Assembly: GCA_964291285.2 (NCBI GenBank)
Contig: OZ219787.1
Span: forward strand, 352,001 to 416,000
DNA from: Alphaproteobacteria bacterium
GTDB taxonomy: Bacteria; Pseudomonadota; Alphaproteobacteria; Bin95
DNA length: 64,000 nucleotides
Direction: 5' to 3'
The translations under genes and the position numbers were made by a program. This document shows positions 30,764 through 46,822 of this stretch, one piece after another. The stretch's first letter is position 1; the number at the start of each line of letters is the position of its first letter. The notes below the pieces were generated by a model. That model had not been told where the DNA came from. It saw only the letters and a program-made list of their open reading frames with translations, and did no database searches.

Positions 30764-32459
30764 CCTAAATCCGGCAGTTGACGAGCTTGATCGCTGTCTC
30801 GGGGTAGTGTGAACGGTCGGATTTGGGCGTGGATTTCAGCACGTGGTCGCGGCCCTGGGTGGCGGCAGCCAGGGTTGACGCCCCGGTTCGCGGCCATGGA
30901 GGTATTTCCTGAGCGCCTCGGCGAGGATGCGGCGCCAGCGATCCCCGGCGCTCAACTGCTCCGCAGTTTGCGTCAGCGACCGGAAGAAGCCGGCGATCCG
31001 GCGCAGCGCCGCCATCACCGTCTTGCGACGCCCGTGATGGGAGGTCACCGTCAGCCGGGTCTGGCCGGCGTGGTGGGTCTGGCGGGCAACCCCGTGCAGG
31101 AGCAGCGGCCGGCTGGTGATCGCCTCGCGGTGATGGTCGGGGTCGGCGAGGCGCACGAACAGGCTCCACCAGTTGTAGATGAGCGCGATCAGCCGGGCCA
31201 TGTGCCGGCAGCGCGTCAGGTCGCGCGTGGTGAAGCCGCCCCAACCCCACTGGTTCTTCAACTCGTCGAAGCCGTTCTCCGCGTCCGCCCGGTCGCGGTA
31301 GAGCTGGGCCAGCGAGCGTATCTCCAGGTCCAGCGAGGTCGCCAGCACCGCGAACTCCCACACCCCGGTGCCGGGCTGCGCCTCGGTCCAGAACAGCTCG
31401 CCCTGGGCCTTGTCGCCACGCGTCAGCGCCAGCGTCGCAGGAAGCCGCCGACGCAGCACCACAACCCGGCGCGTCCGGCTCCAGCCCTGCAGACGCAGAT
31501 CGGCCCCGATCCCCGACCAGCCCTGGCCTGCATCCTCCCAGCCGTCCCGCACCATCAGCCGCTCGGCAAGCCGGCGCGCCCCCTTCGTCAGGCGCAGCTT
31601 GAACAAATAGTCCAGACCCGCAGCCTCGCACGACGCCATGTTGGCCTCGCTGCCCCAGTCCTTATCGCCCCGCACCAGACGCGGCCAGCGATCCCGACCG
31701 AGACGGTCGAGCAACGCCCACAAGGACGGCGCCGCGCGCCTCGAATGGTGATGGTTGCCCGGCGCCACCTCGACATCCAGAACAAGCCGCGTGCCCGCCA
31801 TCAGGAACGCATGGCAGGCATGCGAGGGGCGGCCCGGCTTCTTCGGGTTGTAGCTCACAACCGCCCCCTCCTGACGACCGTAAAGCGCCTTGATCGTCGT
31901 GTCGCAGTCCAGAACCCACGGCTCCCTCAGCAGCGGACGGACCACCTCGTCCAGATGGCCCTGAAGCCACGATGTGCCGACATCCGCACCGATCCGCTCC
32001 AGACCGCGCCGCACCGAATCCTCGCTCGCAACCTTGTCCATACCCAGCAGCGCAGGGTTCACCCCGTCGCCGCGCAGCGACGTGATGTGCGCATAGCGAG
32101 ACTGCCCCGCCAGAACCGACAGAAGAACCGTCCCCAGGACATCCCGCTTCGACGGCGCGTTCGGGCTCGTGTAGTGCAGCGGGCAGTCCGCAACCAAAGC
32201 GTCAAAGCGACCGCTTACCTTCAGGTATTCCGAGAAAAACGCCAGATGCCCCAGCGGCGTCACCGCCGCATCAGGGTCCCATTCCACATGAACCGCGCCG
32301 CCGAAGGTGTCCACCTTCACCGACGCTCGGGCGACATCCCGCACAGCGCCAGGATAATCACCCAAAGGGTGAGCCTCTTCGGCCCCTGAAAAGCCGCTCA
32401 TACCCGCAGACTACAAGGGATTCGGCAAGGCCAAGCCATCCTCAACTGCCGGATTTAGG
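30764..32459 (-). mobile_element. IS1380-family insertion sequence (transposase 32401-30836)
   Basis: TIR CCTAAATCCGGCAGTTGA; 5-bp TSD TTGAC; LDCDTT, VRGD, YRDRADAENGFDELK motifs. Confidence 0.88.
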
Positions 32460-34195
32460 TTGACACCTTGCGCGCCCTGGCCGTATCCGCTCGTGGGTTC
32501 GATCGGGCGGCCGCTTCCGCCTGCCCCCGCTTCCTCACCATCAACTCAAGCGAGCGCCGGCAGGAAGGTTTCCGCGTGGAGCGCATCCGAACGTTGCTGG
32601 AACCGGATGCCTCTGCCGTCATCGATGCTTGGCTGAAGGCGCTACGCAACCTCGCCCGCGCGCGGGCGACCATTGACGCCACCGCCAGCGCTCTCGCGGC
32701 GGAAGTCGAGGGCTACGCGGAGAAACCGGACACTCTGCGCGATCCGCAACCCTTGAGGACTGGCTTTGGGAACGCCGCAACTGCTTACTCCAATTTCGCG
32801 ATCCAGCTGGAGCTCTACGCCGATGCGGAAACAGCCCTCCTGGAAAGGCTTACGGTCGTCATCGACGCCGCCAGCGACACCAGCGGCTGGCAGGAGCTCA
32901 TCGATCTCGCCGGCGATCAGGGCGCGCTTCGCGCGAGCCTGATCGAGCGCCAGGCCCGGGCTGACATGCATGGGGAGCTGAATTCGGCGCTGCGCCAGAT
33001 CGACAAAGGCAACGAGAAGGTTCTGGAGGACAAATTTGCGAATCTGAGCGGCAGCATCCAACACTGGTGGGACCTGCTCCGCCCCGACGAACCAACATTC
33101 TTCTCCGCTGTCAGACCCCGCAAAGGCGCACGGCGCACCGTCGACTTCAAGGCCGGCCTGTCCCTTGACACCGACCGAACTGCTCCGAAGTTGCGCGACG
33201 TCATCGCCGTATTCAGCCAGTCGCAGCTTCACTGCCTGGGCCTCGCGCTGTTCATCGCCCGCGCACTGCACGAGGGTGCCGGCTTCATGGTGCTGGACGA
33301 CCCGATCTTGGCGAGCGATGAAGATTACCGGGCCTATTTCAAAACTGACGTCTTGGAGGAACTGACCGGCGCCGGAATCCAGACAATCGTCCTCACCCAG
33401 GACCAGAAGACATGGAAGGACCTGGAGCATCGATATCGGCACAAGAACATCGACATGTTCCAGTTGGCCCTTACCGACCGGGCCGACGGCACAGCGGTCA
33501 CCAATACAGGCGATGACCTCATGGCGATGCTTGCCCGTGCCGACGTGCTAGCACGGGGCGATCACATCAAGCTTCGCAAGCAGGCGGGTGAATTGCTGCG
33601 CAATGCCGCCGAGCGTTTCTGCAAGGAAATGCTGGTCAGGGACCGGTGGGCCAAGGGCGACAGCGCCGCCGCGCTTAGCGACCATGATGGCAAGAATCTC
33701 GGGCAACTCGAACCCAAGGTGGAGCCGCTGCTCACGGCCGACCCGTCGCATCCCGGAAAGCTTCGCTCGGTCGGGAGCCAGCTCAACCCCGCCAAGCACG
33801 ACGATGACACGCCGGACCGGGGCACCATCAAGGTCGCCCTCGGCGACTTGAAGTATCTCAAGAAGCAGTACCTGCCCACGTAGACATGTCCGAGAGAATT
33901 CGGCTCGCCATACTTTCGTGCGCGCGTACGACCACCCGCGTCGGACAAACGGCACTCGGCCGGTGCATCTTGTCCGCCCTCAATCCGCCGAACGCCTTCG
34001 CCATCGCGCGGTCCTATCCCCACTCTGCCTGTTCCGAAGCGTCGGCAGACCCATAAAGTCCAAAAAAATCGAAGATGCGCCACACAGAAAGCGGGCTCCT
34101 GCGGCCGAAACCGTGCTGGCTTCATGTCTCACGACCCATTCGGAAACCACCTATCGACCAGCATCCTGACCCACAGCACCGCGCCCACGCACTTA

Positions 34196-34241
34196 TACCA
34201 GCGGTTGAGGGTTGAGACTCATTGAGGGGATTCGCAAGGTT
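34196..34241 (+). mobile_element. Isolated end of a second IS630 copy (46 bp)
   Basis: Matches the reverse complement of 27451-27496 with one mismatch; cut off by the IS at 34242. Confidence 0.85.
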
Positions 34242-36747
34242 CAGACTTCCTGACCTCGTGACGATGTTTGTTGCGGGCGGCGTTCTGGGAACTTTTTGAG
34301 TTCGGTTCATTTTTCGTCTGTTTCGGCTGATTTTCGCTGGCTGCCGTGTCCAGGTTCGGGTATTTTAATTTGACACTGGATACGAGATTTCAACCATGTC
34401 GATTACCCTTCCCCTGAGCCCTCCGGAGGCGGTTCCGATCGGCAGCAGTTGTTTCGCCATTCTGATTTCGGACGACAGCTTCACCTACTTCTCCAACCTC
34501 GTTCCCTTTGACAGCCACGCCGCCGATGACCGCGCGGCCATGCTGTTGCGGATCGGCCGCCTGGCTGCGATCAGCGCGGTCTCGCGGCAGGATCTGGCCG
34601 ACGCTTTCGGTGTCTCGCGTGCAACGGTCCAGCGCGCACGACGGCGCTACCTGGCCGAGGGCGAAGCGGAGTTTCTGAAGCCCCGGCGCGGTCGGGGACC
34701 TTCGGTGTTCACGCCGGAGCTGGCGGAGAAAGCGACGGCGTTGCTGGAAGGGGGCCTGAGCGGCTCTGCGGTGGCCCGAGTTCTCGGCGTGTCAGCGCCG
34801 TCGGTCAACAAGTGGCGGCGGCAGGGGGTGATCGGCAACGCGGAGGCGTGTCGGGAGCGCGGCAGCGCGGCAGTGGCGGTGCCGCCTGACGCGGGTGGGG
34901 CGCCCGAGGGCAGTGTCGATGACGAGAGTGCCGGTGCCGCCGGGCCGGCGACGGCAGCGGGGCTGGAGGCGCAGACGGATCGCAGCGCGCGCGACCGGCG
35001 GGACCGGCAGGCGCCGATGGGGCGCGCGACTTGCGATGTCCGGGCTCGGGTGTTGGCCAGCTGCGGGCAGGCGGGACCGGTCGAACCGCAGTTCACCGCC
35101 GCCGCCCGCGGCGTGCGCTTTGGCGGCGTTCTCGCCGCCCTGCCGGCCCTGCTGAAGGAAGGCCTGCTCTGCGAGACCGGCCTCCTGCCGTTGCTGTCGA
35201 AGGGCTACTACGGCCTGCCCACGATCCTGCTCTTCCTGGCCTTCATGACCCTGGCGCGGGTGCGCAACCCCGAGAGCCTGCGCTACCAGGCACCGGGCGA
35301 ATGGGGTGCGGTTCTCGGTCTCGACCGCTGCCCCGAGGTCAAGACGCTACGGCGCAAGATCGGGCTCATGGCCAACGACGAAGCCAGCGTGCAGGCGTGG
35401 CAGCTCGCTCTTGCGAGACGCTGGCAGGAGGAGGAGCCCGAGCTCTGGGCGACGCTGGCCGTTGACGGGCACGTCAAGGTCTACGCCGGCCGCAAGGGGC
35501 GCCTGCCCAAACACTTCGTCTCGCGCGAGAAGCTGTGCCTGCCGGCGAGCACCAGCTACTGGATCAACGCCTTGGGCGGCAAGCCCCTGCTGTGCCTGCA
35601 CAAGCCGCTGGACCCGAAGATGGTCGCCGCGATCGAATCCGACGTGGTGCCGGCGTTGCAGGCGCTCGGGATCGTCGACGCCGGGGCAGCGGACCTGACC
35701 GCCGGGCAGCCCGGCCAGCCCGTGCTCACACTGGTCTTCGACCGCGAGGGCTGGAGCCCGGAGCTGTTTCGCCGGCTGGCCAGGCGCGGCATTGCCTGCC
35801 TGACCTGGCACAAGAACTTCAGGGGCGGGGACTGGCCGGCCGAGGACTTCAGTGCGATGATCGTTCCCATTCACGGACCCGCGGCGAACGCCAGCGCCAC
35901 CATGCTGCTGGCCGAGAAGCCGGTGACGTTGAAGAACGGCTTCAGGGTGCGCCAGATCCGCCGCCTGCTCGACAACGGCCGTCAGGTTCCGCTGGTCACC
36001 ACCGATCCGCACAAGCCGGTGGCGGAGGCCGCAGGCGCCTTGTTCTCGCGCTGGTCGCAGGAAAACTTCTTCAAATACATGCGCGACGAGTTCAATCTCG
36101 ACGCCCTGCCGACCCACGAGATCGAGCCTCTCGCTGCCGATACCATGGTCGTCAGCCCGCTGCGGCGGGCCTACGACAAGGCAATCCGCCGCCTCGACCA
36201 CCAGCTTGGCCGCCTGCGCAACCGCATCGCCGACGCCGCCCACAGGAAGCAGCCGACGGGCGAACTCAAGAGGGAACTCAGGGACCTCGAGGGCGGCCGT
36301 GAGATTGTCAGATCCAGCCGCAGGGAGGTGCCCACGCACTGCCGGGCCGGCGACCTCGACGAAGCCGGACAGCTCAATGCCTTGCCCTCACGCGAGCGCC
36401 TCCTACTCGACATCATCCGCATGATCGCCTACCGCGCTGAAACCCGCTTGATGCTTCCCGTCATGCAGGCGCAGGGCCACAAGCCCCACCCCCGGAAACT
36501 GCTTCAGGCACTCTTCACCGCCGATGCCGACATCCTGCCGGACCCTGCCAACGGCGTCCTGCGGGTCCGCATTCTCGGCCTCGCAAATGACGCCTGCGAC
36601 CGCCAGATCAAGCCTCTTCTGGCCGAACTCAACGCCACCGAAACGCACTTCCCCGGCAACCGTATGCGCATGGTCTACGAGGTCGGCATAACCCCAAAAT
36701 CCGCGCGCACCGGTGCCAAACAAAATTAGCAGAGGTCAGGAAGTCTG
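34242..36747 (+). mobile_element. Unclassified IS (ISNCY-like) with a 777-aa transposase (34396-36729)
   Basis: Perfect 16-bp TIR CAGACTTCCTGACCTC; N-terminal HTHs, VDGH, VFDREG, RWSQENFFK; no TSD. Confidence 0.8.
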
Positions 36748-37602
36748 CGGATAGGGCAGAATAGCTGTCCTCGCCTGGCAAACGCCTTGTCATGCCGTCG
36801 ATACGCCCCGTTAGACTTCCGCCCGTGAAATCCATCGCAAGACGCACATCGCCGCGCAATAGCGTCCTGCCCGTGTTGGTATTCACATCGCCGAGATTGT
36901 TGTCCCAAGACTCGATATATGCCGATCTGCCGGAATATGTCGCCGTTCCGGTCGGCAAGCTTGCGGCGGGCGTTTCGAGTCCATAAACGGCCATAACCCT
37001 GCCGCCGCCATGGAGTGCACTTCCAAGGACTGCAAGCACTCCATCGTCCGTGCTGCCGTAGTTTTTGCCGTTGAACGGGACAGTGGAGTGAGCCCATAGC
37101 CAATAACCCAAGTCCTCCGGGTCGTCGCCCGGTCGGGGCACGGCATAGGAAGTTATTTCCGCGCGGAACGAACTTTGCGGAAAATGGACCCTGACTGGCT
37201 CGTCCGCTTCGGTTCGCCATAGGTGATATGGAAACCGTAGTTTCCGTCCGAGGCAACCGATTGAATCGAATGGCGGCTGCTGACTGTCACCGTATGGTCA
37301 CCAAAATTGCGGATGATGCTGGCCGAATACGCGCGGAAAGTGTTGGAAGGGTCCGCGAGCATAGCGGCGCGGAATACATCCGGGCTTGTAGGATGGAGCG
37401 GGGCAACATCGCCTGCCGTTAGCCCGGTTGCCAAGGCAGGCAACTCGCGCATTTTCGGCGGGTCCATCGGCTCCCCGCCCGCCGGCGCCACCGGCACGCC
37501 TGCCGTCTTGGACGATCCGCCGCCGCCGCAGCCTGCGAGTGCCAGCATGGCCGCAATCGGCAGTGCGGCGGACATCCTGAAGAATGGGGCAGTTTTCATC
37601 AT
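36748..37602 (-). pseudogene. Degraded surface lipoprotein with TbpB-like beta-barrel
   Basis: Lipobox LAGC+GGGGSS; frameshifted near 37150-37200; LPTGTATYSG...MDFTGGSLTGRIDG; 3' end cut by the IS. Confidence 0.7.
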
Positions 37603-37626
37603 CGGGTCTCCCGGTTTCGAAACAGT

Positions 37627-39882
37627 GTAAGCCTTCGGCGTAGACCGCCTGTCGCATTTCTCCGGGATCGGTGAGGGTGCGCGCTCGGATGTGGGCGCGC
37701 GTCGTAAGTGCCCACGAAGGATAAGTGGACACTATGGGGATGTCGGACACAGCCGAGCATGCGGGTTCCGGGGTCGACGGTCGGGGGCGCCGCCGTCGCC
37801 GTCGGTGGAGCGAGGCGCGCAAGCGCCTGATCGTTGCGGAGAGCTATCAGCCCGGGGTTTCGGTTTCGGTGGTGGCGCGCCGACATGACGTGAACGCGAA
37901 CCTGGTCTTCAGCTGGCGGCGCCAGTATCGGGAGCTGGCGCGCGTGGTGGGCGGCTTCGTTCCGGTGGTTGTCTCTTCGACGGAAGGGGTGGAGCCGGCA
38001 AGGCTGCTGCCGGCGCCGCCGGATATCGAGCCGTCTGCCTCCGGACGGATCGGGATTGCGCTGGCGGACGGCTCGCGGGTGACGGTCGACCGGGACGTGG
38101 ACGCGGCGGCGCTGTCTCGGGTTCTCGAGGTCCTGGAGCGGCGATGATCCCGGTTCCGAGCGGGGCGCGGGTCTGGCTTGCGACGGGCGTGATGGACATG
38201 CGTCGCGGGATGAACACGCTGGCGCTGCAGGTGCAGCAGGGGCTGGGCCGCGATCCGCATGCAGGCGACCTCTTCATATTCCGCGGACGCAAAGGCGATC
38301 TTTTGAAGATCCTCTGGCATGACGGGGTCGGGACCTCGCTCTACGCCAAGCGCCTGGAGCGGGGCCGGTTCCAGTGGCCGGTGACGTCGGGCGGTGCGGT
38401 GTCGATCAGCGCGGCGCAGCTGGGCTATTTGCTGGAAGGGATCGATTGGAGGAACCCGGTTCGGACCTGGCGCCCGTCGCGGGCCGGCTGACAGGCGGCA
38501 AATGGACTCATCCGACAGGATGGCGATGGCGGCGGACCGGTAGTTGTGATTCGCTTCCGGGCATGCCGGACGGATCGGACATCAACGCGCTGAAGGCGGC
38601 GCTGGCTGCGGCGGAAGTCAAGGCGACCGAGGCCGAGGCGCGGGCCGCGAACGCCGAAGCGCAGATCGCCTCCCTGAAGCTGATGATCGAGAAGCTCCGG
38701 CGCGAGCTCTTCGGCCAGCGATCGGAGCGCAAGCAGCGTCTTCTCGACCAGATGGAGCTCCAGCTCGACGAGCTTGAGGCGAACGCGACGGAGGACGAGT
38801 TGGCGGCCGAACAGGCGGCTGCCGGCACGACGCAGGTCAAGGCGTTCACCCGCCGCCGCTCCGGCCGCAAGCCGTTCCCCGAACATCTGCCGCGCGAGCG
38901 TGTCGTAGTGCCCGCGCCGACATCGTGCGAGTGCTGCGGCTCGCAGAAGCTCTCGAAGATCGGCGAGGACGTCACCGAGACGCTGGAGGTCATTCCGCGC
39001 CAGTGGAAGGTGATCCAGACGGTGCGCGAGAAGTTCACATGCCGGGACTGCGAGAAGATCAGCCAGCCGCCGGCACCGTTCCACCCGACACCGCGCGGCT
39101 GGGCGGGCCCCAACCTGCTGGCCATGATCCTGTTCGAGAAGTTCGGGCAGCATCAGCCGCTGAACCGCCAGCGCGACCGCTATGCGCGCGAGGGCGTCGA
39201 CCTCAGCCTGTCGACCCTGGCCGACCAGGTGGGCGCCTGCACGGTGGCGCTGAGGCCGCTGCACGACCTGATCGCAGACCATGTGCTGGCGGCCGAACGC
39301 CTGCATGGCGACGACACCCCGGTGCCGGTGCTGGCCAGGGGCAAGACCGACAAGGGCCGGGCCTGGGTCTATGTGCGTGACGACAGGCCGTTCGGCGGGC
39401 CGGACCCGCCCGCGGCTCTGTTCCGCTACTCGCGGAACCGCTCGGGCGATCATCCGGTCGAGCATCTTCGCGACTTCGCCGGCATCCTCCAGGCCGACAG
39501 TTTCGCCGGCTACAACCGCCTCTATGCGGTCGGGCGAGTGCCGGGGCCTGTTACCGGGATCCCCTGTTGGGCACACGGGCGCCGCAAATTTTTCGAACTC
39601 GCCGACATTGCGGCCAGCAAGGGGCGCGGCAGGAACGCGCCGCCGATCTCGCCGCTCGCGATGGAGGCGGTGAAGCGGATCGACGTGCTGTTCGACATCG
39701 AGCGCTCCATCAACGGCGAGACCGCTGCGCGGCGCCATGCCGTCCGCCAGGAACTGAGCGCGCCGGTCCTGGCCGAACTCGAGACCTGGATGAAGGCCGA
39801 GCGCGCAAAGCTCTCCCGCCATTCCCCCGTGGCCAAGGCCATGGACTACATGCTCAGGCGATGGGACCGCTTCGCCCGCTTC
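37627..39882 (+). mobile_element. IS66-family element, right part missing
   Basis: Starts GTAAGC; tnpA 37734-38147, tnpB 38144-38491 (DMRRG, KRLERG), tnpC 38563-39882 (CECCG, LHGDDTP, CWAHGRRKF) cut by IS21. Confidence 0.9.
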
Positions 39883-39968
39883 TGCGGCGCGACAATCAAC
39901 TTGAGACTTCCGCGTCAATCAGGATGAGACGAGGGAAGGCGGCGGCCCGGAACGGAGGGAGGGCGTAG

Positions 39969-44436
<4,468 letters not shown>

Positions 44437-44582
44437 CCCGAGGCCACCAGCTCGGCCGAACTGCCCTCACACTCACGGCCCGCGGGGATCGCCTCCGCGG
44501 GCCGCTTCATCTCCGGCCCACCGGACCGCCGCGACAATCAAAAATCCTCGGAACCTGTCGCGCCGCGACAATCAAAACCAAA

Positions 44583-45609
44583 CCTGCTTATTCTCAAGGA
44601 TCATCCTGCAATGAGTAGTTGATATGGGATGGGTTGTGTTCTGACGGCGCTGTGAAGGAAGCGTGGGATCATGGAGTTGAGTTGGTATCGTCGGTTGTAT
44701 CGCCATGCGAAGCTGGCGAGGTAGCGTTCGGCATGGTCGGGACCGAGCTTTCGGTAGGTTCCGGCGATGGCGCTCTTGATGTTGCCGAGGGTCGTGTTGA
44801 CCCATTTGAAGGGGGCCATGCGGGCTGCCCGGCGGCCTGAGCCGGTACGGATGGCGCTGTGGCTTGCGGCGATGCCGTCGAGGGCGTTCCAGCAGTGCAG
44901 GGCATCGGTGACGACCTCCGTCCCCGGGGCCAGCCAGCGTTTGGCGCCGCGCGCGATCTCGCGCTTGCGGAAGCCCCTGACCGGGACGAGCTTGACCTTG
45001 CGCGGAGCCCCTTCGGCGCTGGTCGAGACCGCCGCCACGAAGGGCGTCTTGCCCGGCGCGCCCCGGCCGCGCTTGCCGCCGGAGCGCGACCCGCCGAGAT
45101 AGGCGTCGTCCATCTCGACCCGTCCTTCGAGCCGCGTGTCGGCTTCGCGCCGGGCCATCACCGCCATGATCTTCTGCTTCATGCTCCAGGCGGTCGGCTG
45201 CCTGACCCCGAGGCGGCGACCGAGTTCCACCGACGAAATGCCGTTCTTCGCCGTCACCACAAGGTGGATCGCCGCAAACCACAACGTCAGGGGCAGCTTG
45301 GTCGAGTGGAAGATCGTCCCCGACGTCACCGAAACCTGCTTCTTGCAGCGGTTGCACTGGTAAAGCCTGCGCCCGGCAAGAATGCAGTGCCCCCGATGCC
45401 CGCAGGAGCCGCACTCGAAACCGTTCGGCCAGCGCAATCGGGCTAGCACCGCCCGGCACTGATCCTCCGTGCCGAACGACGCTCGGAACGCATCGTCGCT
45501 CAAGCCACGAACACGCGATGCAACCTTGAATGCCATATCCATGACCTCCCGATAACAGAAACCCTTCCAAACCTACAATCTCACAAGATGACTCTCAAGA
45601 ATAAGCAGG
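44583..45609 (-). mobile_element. IS1595-family insertion sequence (transposase 45542-44601)
   Basis: TIR CCTGCTTATTCT / AGAATAAGCAGG; 8-bp TSD AAACCAAA; zinc ribbon CGSCG...CNRC, VEMDDAYLGG, RYNRRY. Confidence 0.92.
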
Positions 45610-45817
45610 AAACCAAAAACCGCTTGCAATCCCCGCCGCGCGACACAATCCTCTCCCTCGTCGCTGCCGCCGGGAATCTCATCCTGATTGACGCGCGGCT
45701 CTCATCCAGATTGTCGCGCTATAGCCGTCTCCATCGTGCCGTGGTGGAACCCGGCGGCAGCGCCCCGGCCATGGCCACACCGGCACGTTCGGGCTGTAAT
45801 CGGCAAGCGCACACGCG

Positions 45818-46822
45818 ATGCGCTCAACGATGACAGGAAGGACGGCGCGCCCGGGTGGCGGGACGGGAAAGCGCGGCGGGAGCCGGTCGGGCACGCTCGC
45901 CCTGCCCGCCGACCTCGATCGCTCGCTCCGCCATCTCGACGACACGGACCTCGACCGTCCGGTCGAAGCGGCAACAGTCGAGGCCCGCAGGCGCGGGCGG
46001 CAGGCCGGCAAGACGGCTGGAGGAAGGGTGCACGCCAGGCCCACGCCGGTGACGCAGGGGCAGGAAAAGCCGATCCTTGCCGCCTTCGAGGCCGGCCTCA
46101 GGCCGGCGGCGATCGCGCGGGAGGTAAGGAACTGGTTCGCCCGCCTGCGCGCGGTGCCGGTAGCGGCCGACCGCTCCATGCCGGTGCTGTCCGTCATCAT
46201 GAGGGAGGCGGAAGCCATGGGCCTGCGCCCGGAAGGGTCCAACCCCTGCCGGGGGATCAGGCGCTACCGCCGCAAGGGCCGTGAGCGGTTCCTCCCGGAC
46301 GAGGAAATCCGTCGCCTGTCCGGGAGACTCAAGGCGCATGAGGCCCGCTGGCCGCAGCATGTCGCCGTCATCCGCCTGCTGCTGCTGACCGGATGCCGCA
46401 AGGGCGAGATCCTCACCCTGCAATGGTCCGACTACCGGGAAGGCCGCCTGTTCCTCCGCGATTCCAAGACGGAGCCCCGGACAGTCTGGCTGTCGGAGCC
46501 GGCCCGGACGGTGCTTGATCGTCTCGAGCGGAAGGGGCGGTGGATATTCCCGGCATCAAGGGGCGACCGGCCCCGGAGCGGGTGCTGGCTGTTCCACTTC
46601 TGGCGCAGGGTCCGCGCCGAGGCGGACCTGGAGGACGCCCGCCTTCACGACCTGCGCCATACGCATGCGAGCCTTGCCCTCAGGCAGGGCGAGACGGTGC
46701 TCGCCATCGGCCGGCTGCTGGGCCACCGCAGGCCGGAAACCACGCTGAAATATACCCATGTCGCCGACGCCATGGTGCAGGACGCAGCCGAGACCGTCGG
46801 CGCCGTGCTGGAGGCAGGCTGA
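45818..46822 (+). pseudogene. Tyrosine integrase 1 (left arm), N-terminus replaced by an unrelated gene fragment
   Basis: Matches right-arm integrase 1 only from about 46120; LTGCRKGE, HDLRH, LGH, Y present; KTG changed to KTE. Confidence 0.8.

Larger units (their letters stand above)
28818..33883 (+). pseudogene. Rad50/SbcC-like ABC ATPase with zinc hook and C-terminal HEPN-like domain (RloC-like), split by IS5 and IS1380
   Basis: FRAF, Walker A APNSQGKTS, CPLCG, signature FSQSQ, Walker B MVLDDP, C-terminal RNAAERF and NPAKH; pieces rejoin in frame (2526 bp, 841 aa). Confidence 0.8.

Noticed and set aside
28002-33883. Assignment as SbcCD, Lamassu or Wadjet
   Set aside because: No SbcD nuclease, recognisable LmuA effector or Jet genes; the fused HEPN-like tail fits an RloC-like protein better.
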